A stretch of DNA of 64,000 nucleotides, taken from Auanema rhodensis (taxonomy: Eukaryota > Animalia > Nematoda). Shown here one piece after another: positions 11,001 through 23,800 of the stretch; the first letter of the stretch is position 1, and the number at the start of each line of letters is the position of its first letter. A program made the position numbers and the translations under genes. The notes under the pieces were generated by a model. The model did no database searches and had not been told where the DNA came from. It saw nothing but the letters and a program-made list of their open reading frames with translations. Where the stretch lies: contig OZ059900.1 in the NCBI GenBank assembly GCA_964057225.1, positions 18,972,001 through 19,036,000 on the forward strand, read 5' to 3'.

Positions 11001-14000
11001 CGTGCCCTCAGAATATGCTAATTTCCTTAATTTTCTAACCCCTGTTTTTTTGTCGTGAAAGTGGAACTAGACGTTGTACGAACAATTTTGAGCTAAGTTT
11101 CATTGACATTGCATGAGTTTGAACACATGAAATCGTAAGTCAAAACCTTGTTTACAGCGAAATTTCCAAAAACTGGTTTTCCAGCATAATAAAATATTTC
11201 TCATGGGAAATACTGTGTTTTTGTTTTTTTCTAGTGTTCAGCATGTAAAATGCTTCATTTTAGTATGTAACACGCTGAAATTCGTTGCATTTGACGACTC
11301 ATATGAACAAAAATCGATTTAATCAATATTAGCCATAAGGGACGTGCCCTCAGAATATACTAATTTCCTTAATTTTCTAATCCCTGTTTTTTTGTCGTGA
11401 AAGTGGAACTAGACGTTGTACGAACAATTTTGAGCTAAGTTTCATTGACATTGCATGAGTTTGAACACATGAAATCGTAAGTCAAAACCTTGTTTACAGC
11501 GAAATTTCCAAAAACTGGTTTTCCAGCATAATAAAATATTTCTCATGGGAAATACTGTGTTTTTGTTTTTTTCTAGTGTTCAGCATGTAAAATGCTTCAT
11601 TTTAGTATGTAACACGCTGAAATTCGTTGCATTTGACGACTCATATGAACAAAAATCGATTTAACCAATATTAGCCATAAGGGGCGTGCCCTCAGAATAT
11701 ACTAATTTCCTTAATTTTCTAACCCCTGTTTTTTTGTCGTGAAAGTGGAACTAGACGTTGTACGAACAATTTTGAGCTAGGTTTCATTGACATTGCATGA
11801 GTTTGAACACATGAAATCGTAAGTCAAAACCTTGTTTACAGCGAAATTTCCAAAAACTGGTTTTCCAGCATAATAAAATATTTCTCATGGGAAATACTGT
11901 GTTTTTGTATTTTTCTAGTGTTCAGCATGTAAAATGCTTCATTTTAGTATGTAACACGCTGAAATTCGTTGCATTTGACGACTCACATGAACCAAAATCG
12001 ATTTAATCAATATTAGCCATAAGGGGCGTGCCCTCAGAATATGCTAATTTCCTTAATTTTCTAACCCTTGTTTTTTTGTCGTGAAAGTGGAACTAGACGT
12101 TGTACGAACAATTTTGAGCTAGGTTTCATTGACATTGCATGAGTTTGAACACATGAAATCGTAAGTCAAAACCTTGTTTACAGCGAAATTTCCAAAAACT
12201 GGTTTTCCAGCATAATAAAATATTTCTCATGGGAAATACTGTGTTTTTGTATTTTTCTAGTGTTCAGCATGTAAAATGCTTCATTTTAGTATGTAACACG
12301 CTGAAATTCGTTGCATTTGACGACTCATATGAACAAAAATCGATTTAATCAATATTAGCCATAAGGGGCGTGCCCTCAGAATATGCTAATTTCCTTAATT
12401 TTCTAACCCCTGTTTTTTTGTCGTGAAAGTGGAACTAGACGTTGTACGAACAATTTTGAGCTAGGTTTCATTGACATTGCATGAGTTTGAACACATGAAA
12501 TCGTAAGTCAAAACCTTGTTTACAGCGAAATTTCCAAAAACTGGTTTTCCAGCATAATAAAATATTTCTCATGGGAAATACTGTGTTTTTGTATTTTTCT
12601 AGTGTTCAGCATGTAAAATGCTTCATTTTAGTATGTAACACGCTGAAATTCGTTGCATTTGACGACTCATATGAACAAAAATCGATTTAATCAATATTAG
12701 CCATAAGGGGCGTGCCCTCAGAATATGCTAATTTCCTTAATTTTCTAACCCTTGTTTTTTTGTCGTGAAAGTGGAACTAGACGTTGTACAAACAATTTTG
12801 AGCTAGGTTTCATTGACATTGCATGAGTTTGAACACATGAAATCGTAAGTCAAAACCTTGTTTACAGCGAAATTTCCAAAAACTGGTTTTCCAGCATGAT
12901 AAAATATTTCTCATGGGAAATACTGTGTTTTTGTATTTTTCTAGTGTTCAGCATGTGAAATGCTTCATTTTAGTATGTAACACGCTGAAATTCGTTGCAT
13001 TTGACGACTCATATGAACAAAAATCGATTTAATCAATATTAGCCATAAGGGGCGTGCCCTCAGAATATACTAATTTCCTTAATTTTCTAACCCCTGTTTT
13101 TTTTGTCGTGAAAGTGGAACTAGACGTTGTACAAACAATTTTGAGCTAGGTTTCATTGACATTGCATGAGTTTGAACACATGAAATCGTAAGTCAAAACC
13201 TTGTTTACAGCGAAATTTCCAAAAACTGGTTTTCCAGCATAATAAATTATTTCTCATGGGAAATACTGTGTTTTTGTATTTTTCTAGTGTTCAGCATGTA
13301 AAATGCTTCATTTTAGTATGTAACACGCTGAAATTCGTTGCATTTGACGACTCATATGAACAAAAATCGATTTAATCAATATTAGCCATAAGGGGCGTGC
13401 CCTCAGAATATACTAATTTCCTTAATTTTCTAACCCCTGTTTTTTTGTCGTGAAAGTGGAACTAGACGTTGTACGAACAATTTTGAGCTAAGTTTCATTG
13501 ACATTGCATGAGTTTGAACACATGAAATCGTAAGTCAAAACCTTGTTTACAGCGAAATTTCCAAAAACTGGTTTTCCAGCATAATAAAATATTTCTCATG
13601 GGAAATACTGTGTTTTTGTTTTTTTCTAGTGTTCAGCATGTAAAATGCTTCATTTTAGTATGTAACACGCAGAAATTCGTTGCATTTGACGACTCATATG
13701 AACAAAAATCGATTTAATCATTATTAGCCATAAGGGGCGTGCCCTCAGAATATGCTAATTTCCTTAATTTTCTAACCCCTGTTTTTTTGTCGTGAAAGTG
13801 GAACTAGACGTTGTACAAACAATTTTGAGCTAGGTTTCATTGACATTGCATGAGTTTGAACACATGAAATCGTAAGTCAAAACCTTGTTTACAGCGAAAT
13901 TTCCAAAAACTGGTTTTCCAGCATGATAAAATATTTCTCATGGGAAATACTGTGTTTTTGTATTTTTCTAGTGTTCAGCATGTAAAATGTTTCATTTTAG

Positions 14001-17000
14001 TATGTAACACGCTGAAATTCGTTGCATTTGACGACTCATATGAACAAAAATCGATTTAATCAATATTAGCCATAAGGGGCGTGCCCTCAGAATATACTAA
14101 TTTCCTTAATTTTCTAACCCCTGTTTTTTTTGTCGTGAAAGTGGAACTAGACGTTGTACAAACAATTTTGAGCTAGGTTTCATTGACATTGCATGAGTTT
14201 GAACACATGAAATCGTAAGTCAAAACCTTGTTTACAGCGAAATTTCCAAAAACTGGTTTTCCAGCATAATAAAATATTTCTCATGGGAAATACTGTGTTT
14301 TTGTATTTTTCTAGTGTTCAGCATGTAAAATGCTTCATTTTAGTATGTAACACGCTGAAATTCGTTGCATTTGACGACTCATATGAACAAAAATCGATTT
14401 AATCAATATTAGCCATAAGGGGCGTGCCCTCAGAATATGCTAATTTCCTTAATTTTCTAACCCCTGTTTTTTTGTCGTGAAAGTGGAACTAGACGTTGTA
14501 CGAACAATTTTGAGCTAGGTTTCATTGACATTGCATGAGTTTGAACACATGAAATCGTAAGTCAAAACCTTGTTTACAGCGAAATTTCCAAAAACTGGTT
14601 TTCCAGCATAATAAAATATTTCTCATGGGAAATACTGTGTTTTTGTATTTTTCTAGTGTTCAGCATGTAAAATGCTTCATTTTAGTATGTAACACGCTGA
14701 AATTCGTTGCATTTGACGACTCATATGAACAAAAATCGATTTAATCAATATTAGCCATAAGGGGCGTGCCCTCAGAATATGCTAATTTCCTTAATTTTCT
14801 AACCCCTGTTTTTTTTGTCGTGAAAGTGGAACTAGACGTTGTACGAACAATTTTGAGCTAAGTTTCATTGACATTGCATGAGTTTGAACACATGAAATCG
14901 TAAGTCAAAACCTTGTTTACAGCGAAATTTCCAAAAACTGGTTTTCCAGCATAATAAAATATTTCTCATGGGAAATACTGTGTTTTTGTTTTTTTTTAGT
15001 GTTCAGCATGTAAAATGCTTCATTTTAGTATGTAACACGCAGAAATTCGTTGCATTTGACGACTCATATGAACAAAAATCGATTTAATCATTATTAGCCA
15101 TAAGGGGCGTGCCCTCAGAATATGCTAATTTCCTTAATTTTCTAACCCCTGTTTTTTTGTCGTGAAAGTGGAACTAGACGTTGTACGAACAATTTTGAGC
15201 TAGGTTTCATTGACATTGCATGAGTTTGAACACATGAAATCGTAAGTCAAAACCTTGTTTACAGCGAAATTTCCAAAAACTGGTTTTCCAGCATAATAAA
15301 ATATTTCTCATGGGAAATACTGTGTTTTTGTATTTTTCTAGTGTTCAGCATGTAAAATGTTTCATTTTAGTATGTAACACGCTGAAATTCGTTGCATTTG
15401 ACGACTCATATGAACAAAAATCGATTTAATCATTATTAGCCATAAGGAGCGTGCCCTCAGAATATGCTAATTTCCTTAATTTTCTAACCCCTGTTTTTTT
15501 GTCGTGAAAGTGGAACTAGACGTTGTACGAACAATTTTGAGCTAGGTTTCATTGACATTGCATGAATTTGAACACATGAAATCGTAAGTCAAAACCTTGT
15601 TTACAGCGAAATTTCCAAAAACTGGTTTTCCAGCATAATAAAATATTTCTCATGGGAAATACTGTGTTTTTGTATTTTTCTAGTGTTCAGCATGTAAAAT
15701 GCTTCATTTTAGTATGTAACACGCTGAAATTCGTTGCATTTGACGACTCATATGAACAAAAATCGATTTAATCAATATTAGCCATAAGGGGCGTGCCCTC
15801 AGAATATGCTAATTTCCTTAATTTTCTAACCCCTGTTTTTTTGTCGTGAAAGTGGAACTAGACGTTGTACGAACAATTTTGAGCTAAGTTTCATTGACAT
15901 TGCATGAGTTTGAACACATGAAATCGTAAGTCAAAACCTTGTTTACAGCGAAATTTCCAAAAACTGGTTTTCCAGCATAATAAAATATTTCTCATGGGAA
16001 ATACTGTGTTTTTGTTTTTTTCTAGTGTTCAGCATGTAAAATGCTTCATTTTAGTATGTAACACGCAGAAATTCGTTGCATTTGACGACTCATATGAACA
16101 AAAATCGATTTAATCATTATTAGCCATAAGGGGCGTGCCCTCAGAATATGCTAATTTCCTTAATTTTCTAACCCCTGTTTTTTTGTCGTGAAAGTGGAAC
16201 TAGACGTTGTACGAACAATTTTGAGCTAGGTTTCATTGACATTGCATGAGTTTGAACACATGAAATCGTAAGTCAAAACCTTGTTTACAGCGAAATTTCC
16301 AAAAACTGGTTTTCCAGCATAATAAAATATTTCTCATGGGAAATACTGTGTTTTTGTATTTTTCTAGTGTTCAGCATGTAAAATGTTTCATTTTAGTATG
16401 TAACACGCTGAAATTCGTTGCATTTGACGACTCATATGAACAAAAATCGATTTAATCAATATTAGCCATAAGGGGCGTGCCCTCAGAATATGCTAATTTC
16501 CTTAATTTTCTAACCCCTGTTTTTTTGTCGTGAAAGTGGAACTAGACGTTGTACGAACAATTTTGAGCTAGGTTTCATTGACATTGCATGAGTTTGAACA
16601 CATGAAATCGTAAGTCAAAACCTTGTTTACAGCGAAATTTCCAAAAACTGGTTTTCCAGCATAATAAAATATTTCTCATGGGAAATACTGTGTTTTTGTA
16701 TTTTTCTAGTGTTCAGCATGTAAAATGCTTCATTTTAGTATGTAACACGCTGAAATTCGTTGCATTTGACGACTCATATGAACAAAAATCGATTTAATCA
16801 ATATTAGCCATAAGGGGCGTGCCCTCAGAATATGCTAATTTCCTTAATTTTCTAACCCCTGTTTTTTTGTCGTGAAAGTGGAACTAGACGTTGTACGAAC
16901 AATTTTGAGCTAGGTTTCATTGACATTGCATGAGTTTGAACACATGAAATCGTAAGTCAAAACCTTGTTTACAGCGAAATTTCCAAAATCTGGTTTTCCA

Positions 17001-18130
17001 GCATAATAAAATATTTCTCATGGGAAATACTGTGTTTTTGTATTTTTCTAGTGTTCAGCATGTAAAATGCTTCATTTTAGTATGTAACACGCTGAAATTC
17101 GTTGCATTTGACGACTCATATGAACAAAAATCGATTTAATCAATATTAGCCATAAGGGGCGTGCCCTCAGAATATGCTAATTTCCTTAATTTTCTAACCC
17201 CTGTTTTTTTGTCGTGAAAGTGGAACTAGACGTTGTACGAACAATTTTGAGCTAAGTTTCATTGACATTGCATGAGTTTGAACACATGAAATCGTAAGTC
17301 AAAACCTTGTTTACAGCGAAATTTCCAAAAACTGGTTTTCCAGCATAATAAAATATTTCTCATGGGAAATACTGTGTTTTTGTTTTTTTCTAGTGTTCAG
17401 CATGTAAAATGCTTCATTTTAGTATGTAACACGCAGAAATTCGTTGCATTTGACGACTCATATGAACAAAAATCGATTTAATCATTATTAGCCATAAGGG
17501 GCGTGCCCTCAGAATATGCTAATTTCCTTAATTTTCTAACCCCTGTTTTTTTGTCGTGAAAGTGGAACTAGACGTTGTACGAACAATTTTGAGCTAGGTT
17601 TCATTGACATTGCATGAGTTTGAACACATGAAATCGTAAGTCAAAACCTTGTTTACAGCGAAATTTCCAAAAACTGGTTTTCCAGCATAATAAAATATTT
17701 CTCATGGGAAATACTGTGTTTTTGTATTTTTCTAGTGTTCAGCATGTAAAATGTTTCATTTTAGTATGTAACACGCTGAAATTCGTTGCATTTGACGACT
17801 CATATGAACAAAAATCGATTTAATCAATATTAGCCATAAGGGGCGTGCCCTCAGAATATGCTAATTTCCTTAATTTTCTAACCCCTGTTTTTTTGTCGTG
17901 AAAGTGGAACTAGACGTTGTACGAACAATTTTGAGCTAGGTTTCATTGACATTGCATGAGTTTGAACACATGAAATCGTAAGTCAAAACCTTGTTTACAG
18001 CGAAATTTCCAAAAACTGGTTTTCCAGCATAATAAAATATTTCTCATGGGAAATACTGTGTTTTTGTATTTTTCTAGTGTTCAGCATGTAAAATGCTTCA
18101 TTTTAGTATGTAACACGCTGAAATTCGTTG

Positions 18131-20868
18131 CATTTGACGACTCATATGAACAAAAATCGATTTAATCAATATTAGCCATAAGGGGCGTGCCCTCAGAATA
18201 TGCTAATTTCCTTAATTTTCTAACCCCTGTTTTTTTGTCGTGAAAGTGGAACTAGACGTTGTACGAACAATTTTGAGCTAGGTTTCATTGACATTGCATG
18301 AGTTTGAACACATGAAATCGTAAGTCAAAACCTTGTTTACAGCGAAATTTCCAAAAACTGGTTTTCCAGCATAATAAAATATTTCTCATGGGAAATACTG
18401 TGTTTTTGTATTTTTCTAGTGTTCAGCATGTAAAATGCTTCATTTTAGTATGTAACACGCTGAAATTCGTTGCATTTGACGACTCATATGAACAAAAATC
18501 GATTTAATCAATATTAGCTATAAGGGGCGTGCCCTCAGAATATGCTAATTTCCTTAATTTTCTAACCCCTGTTTTTTTGTCGTGAAAGTGGAACTAGACG
18601 TTGTACGAACAATTTTGAGCTAAGTTTCATTGACATTGCATGAGTTTGAACACATGAAATCGTAAGTCAAAACCTTGTTTACAGCGAAATTTCCAAAAAC
18701 TGGTTTTCCAGCATGATAAAATATTTCTCATGGGAAATACTGTGTTTTTGTATTTTTCTAGTGTTCAGCATGTGAAATGCTTCATTTTAGTATGTAACAC
18801 GCTGAAATTCGTTGCATTTGACGACTCATATGAACAAAAATCGATTTAATCAATATTAGCCATAAGGGGCGTGCCCTCAGAATATACTAATTTCCTTAAT
18901 TTTCTAACCCCTGTTTTTTTTGTCGTGAAAGTGGAACTAGACGTTGTACAAACAATTTTGAGCTAGGTTTCATTGACATTGCATGAGTTTGAACACATGA
19001 AATCGTAAGTCAAAACCTTGTTTACAGCGAAATTTCCAAAAACTGGTTTTCCAGCATAATAAAATATTTCTCATGGGAAATACTGTGTTTTTGTTTTTTT
19101 CTAGTGTTCAGCATGTAAAATGCTTCATTTTAGTATGTAACACGCTGAAATTCGTTGCATTTGACGACTCATATGAACAAAAATCGATTTAATCAATATT
19201 AGCCATAAGGGGCGTGCCCTCAGAATATACTAATTTCCTTAATTTTCTAACCCCTGTTTTTTTGTCGTGAAAGTGGAACTAGACGTTGTACGAACAATTT
19301 TGAGCTAGGTTTCATTGACATTGCATGAGTTTGAACACATGAAATCGTAAGTCAAAACCTTGTTTACAGCGAAATTTCCAAAAACTGGTTTTCCAGCATA
19401 ATAAAATATTTCTCATGGGAAATACTGTGTTTTTGTATTTTTCTAGTGTTCAGCATGTAAAATGCTTCATTTTAGTATGTAACACGCTGAAATTCGTTGC
19501 ATTTGACGACTCATATGAACAAAAATCGATTTAATCAATATTAGCCATAAGGGGCGTGCCCTCAGAATATGCTAATTTCCTTAATTTTCTAACCCCTGTT
19601 TTTTTGTCGTGAAAGTGGAACTAGACGTTGTACGAACAATTTTGAGCTAGGTTTCATTGACATTGCATGAGTTTGAACACATGAAATCGTAAGTCAAAAC
19701 CTTGTTTACAGCGAAATTTCCAAAAACTGGTTTTCCAGCATAATAAAATATTTCTCATGGGAAATACTGTGTTTTTGTATTTTTCTAGTGTTCAGCATGT
19801 AAAATGCTTCATTTTAGTATGTAACACGCTGAAATTCGTTGCATTTGACGACTCATATGAACAAAAATCGATTTAATCAATATTAGCTATAAGGGGCGTG
19901 CCCTCAGAATATGCTAATTTCCTTAATTTTCTAACCCCTGTTTTTTTGTCGTGAAAGTGGAACTAGACGTTGTACGAACAATTTTGAGCTAAGTTTCATT
20001 GACATTGCATGAGTTTGAACACATGAAATCGTAAGTCAAAACCTTGTTTACAGCGAAATTTCCAAAAACTGGTTTTCCAGCATGATAAAATATTTCTCAT
20101 GGGAAATACTGTGTTTTTGTATTTTTCTAGTGTTCAGCATGTGAAATGCTTCATTTTAGTATGTAACACGCTGAAATTCGTTGCATTTGACGACTCATAT
20201 GAACAAAAATCGATTTAATCAATATTAGCCATAAGGGGCGTGCCCTCAGAATATACTAATTTCCTTAATTTTCTAACCCCTGTTTTTTTTGTCGTGAAAG
20301 TGGAACTAGACGTTGTACAAACAATTTTGAGCTAGGTTTCATTGACATTGCATGAGTTTGAACACATGAAATCGTAAGTCAAAACCTTGTTTACAGCGAA
20401 ATTTCCAAAAACTGGTTTTCCAGCATAATAAAATATTTCTCATGGGAAATACTGTGTTTTTGTTTTTTTCTAGTGTTCAGCATGTAAAATGCTTCATTTT
20501 AGTATGTAACACGCTGAAATTCGTTGCATTTGACGACTCATATGAACAAAAATCGATTTAATCAATATTAGCCATAAGGGGCGTGCCCTCAGAATATACT
20601 AATTTCCTTAATTTTCTAACCCCTGTTTTTTTGTCGTGAAAGTGGAACTAGACGTTGTACGAACAATTTTGAGCTAGGTTTCATTGACATTGCATGAGTT
20701 TGAACACATGAAATCGTAAGTCAAAACCTTGTTTACAGCGAAATTTCCAAAAACTGGTTTTCCAGCATAATAAAATATTTCTCATGGGAAATACTGTGTT
20801 TTTGTATTTTTCTAGTGTTCAGCATGTAAAATGCTTCATTTTAGTATGTAACACGCTGAAATTCGTTG
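18131..20868. repeat. Tandem 4-monomer duplication (1369 bp x2): m54-57 = m58-61
   Basis: The series consensus; C47T+G151A+A243G+A302G; G72A+T8+G135A+A280T; G72A occurs twice in succession. Confidence 0.88.
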
Positions 20869-23800
20869 CATTTGACGACTCATATGAACAAAAATCGATT
20901 TAATCAATATTAGCCATAAGGGGCGTGCCCTCAGAATATGCTAATTTCCTTAATTTTCTAACCCTTGTTTTTTTGTCGTGAAAGTGGAACTAGACGTTGT
21001 ACAAACAATTTTGAGCTAGGTTTCATTGACATTGCATGAGTTTGAACACATGAAATCGTAAGTCAAAACCTTGTTTACAGCGAAATTTCCAAAAACTGGT
21101 TTTCCAGCATGATAAAATATTTCTCATGGGAAATACTGTGTTTTTGTATTTTTCTAGTGTTCAGCATGTGAAATGCTTCATTTTAGTATGTAACACGCTG
21201 AAATTCGTTGCATTTGACGACTCATATGAACAAAAATCGATTTAATCAATATTAGCCATAAGGGGCGTGCCCTCAGAATATACTAATTTCCTTAATTTTC
21301 TAACCCCTGTTTTTTTTGTCGTGAAAGTGGAACTAGACGTTGTACAAACAATTTTGAGCTAGGTTTCATTGACATTGCATGAGTTTGAACACATGAAATC
21401 GTAAGTCAAAACCTTGTTTACAGCGAAATTTCCAAAAACTGGTTTTCCAGCATAATAAAATATTTCTCATGGGAAATACTGTGTTTTTGTATTTTTCTAG
21501 TGTTCAGCATGTAAAATGCTTCATTTTAGTATGTAACACGCTGAAATTCGTTGCATTTGACGACTCATATGAACAAAAATCGATTTAATCATTATTAGCC
21601 ATAAGGGGCGTGCCCTCAGAATATGCTAATTTCCTTAATTTTCTAACCCCTGTTTTTTTGTCGTGAAAGTGGAACTAGACGTTGTACGAACAATTTTGAG
21701 CTAGGTTTCATTGACATTGCATGAGTTTGAACACATGAAATCGTAAGTCAAAACCTTGTTTACAGCGAAATTTCCAAAAACTGGTTTTCCAGCATAATAA
21801 AATATTTCTCATGGGAAATACTGTGTTTTTGTATTTTTCTAGTGTTCAGCATGTAAAATGCTTCATTTTAGTATGTAACACGCTGAAATTCGTTGCATTT
21901 GACGACTCATATGAACAAAAATCGATTTAATCAATATTAGCCATAAGGGGCGTGCCCTCAGAATATGCTAATTTCCTTAATTTTCTAACCCCTGTTTTTT
22001 TGTCGTGAAAGTGGAACTAGACGTTGTACGAACAATTTTGAGCTAAGTTTCATTGACATTGCATGAGTTTGAACACATGAAATCGTAAGTCAAAACCTTG
22101 TTTACAGCGAAATTTCCAAAAACTGGTTTTCCAGCATAATAAAATATTTCTCATGGGAAATACTGTGTTTTTGTATTTTTCTAGTGTTCAGCATGTAAAA
22201 TGCTTCATTTTAGTATGTAACACGCTGAAATTCGTTGCATTTGACGACTCATATGAACAAAAATCGATTTAATCAATATTAGCCATAAGGGGCGTGCCCT
22301 CAGAATATGCTAATTTCCTTAATTTTCTAACCCCTGTTTTTTTGTCGTGAAAGTGGAACTAGACGTTGTACGAACAATTTTGAGCTAGGTTTCATTGACA
22401 TTGCATGAGTTTGAACACATGAAATCGTAAGTCAAAACCTTGTTTACAGCGAAATTTCCAAAATCTGGTTTTCCAGCATAATAAAATATTTCTCATGGGA
22501 AATACTGTGTTTTTGTATTTTTCTAGTGTTCAGCATGTAAAATGCTTCATTTTAGTATGTAACACGCTGAAATTCGTTGCATTTGACGACTCATATGAAC
22601 AAAAATCGATTTAATCAATATTAGCCATAAGGGGCGTGCCCTCAGAATATGCTAATTTCCTTAATTTTCTAACCCCTGTTTTTTTGTCGTGAAAGTGGAA
22701 CTAGACGTTGTACGAACAATTTTGAGCTAAGTTTCATTGACATTGCATGAGTTTGAACACATGAAATCGTAAGTCAAAACCTTGTTTACAGCGAAATTTC
22801 CAAAAACTGGTTTTCCAGCATAATAAAATATTTCTCATGGGAAATACTGTGTTTTTGTTTTTTTCTAGTGTTCAGCATGTAAAATGCTTCATTTTAGTAT
22901 GTAACACGCAGAAATTCGTTGCATTTGACGACTCATATGAACAAAAATCGATTTAATCATTATTAGCCATAAGGGGCGTGCCCTCAGAATATGCTAATTT
23001 CCTTAATTTTCTAACCCCTGTTTTTTTGTCGTGAAAGTGGAACTAGACGTTGTACGAACAATTTTGAGCTAGGTTTCATTGACATTGCATGAGTTTGAAC
23101 ACATGAAATCGTAAGTCAAAACCTTGTTTACAGCGAAATTTCCAAAAACTGGTTTTCCAGCATAATAAAATATTTCTCATGGGAAATACTGTGTTTTTGT
23201 ATTTTTCTAGTGTTCAGCATGTAAAATGTTTCATTTTAGTATGTAACACGCTGAAATTCGTTGCATTTGACGACTCATATGAACAAAAATCGATTTAATC
23301 AATATTAGCCATAAGGGGCGTGCCCTCAGAATATGCTAATTTCCTTAATTTTCTAACCCCTGTTTTTTTGTCGTGAAAGTGGAACTAGACGTTGTACGAA
23401 CAATTTTGAGCTAGGTTTCATTGACATTGCATGAGTTTGAACACATGAAATCGTAAGTCAAAACCTTGTTTACAGCGAAATTTCCAAAAACTGGTTTTCC
23501 AGCATAATAAAATATTTCTCATGGGAAATACTGTGTTTTTGTATTTTTCTAGTGTTCAGCATGTAAAATGCTTCATTTTAGTATGTAACACGCTGAAATT
23601 CGTTGCATTTGACGACTCATATGAACAAAAATCGATTTAATCAATATTAGCCATAAGGGGCGTGCCCTCAGAATATGCTAATTTCCTTAATTTTCTAACC
23701 CCTGTTTTTTTGTCGTGAAAGTGGAACTAGACGTTGTACGAACAATTTTGAGCTAGGTTTCATTGACATTGCATGAGTTTGAACACATGAAATCGTAAGT

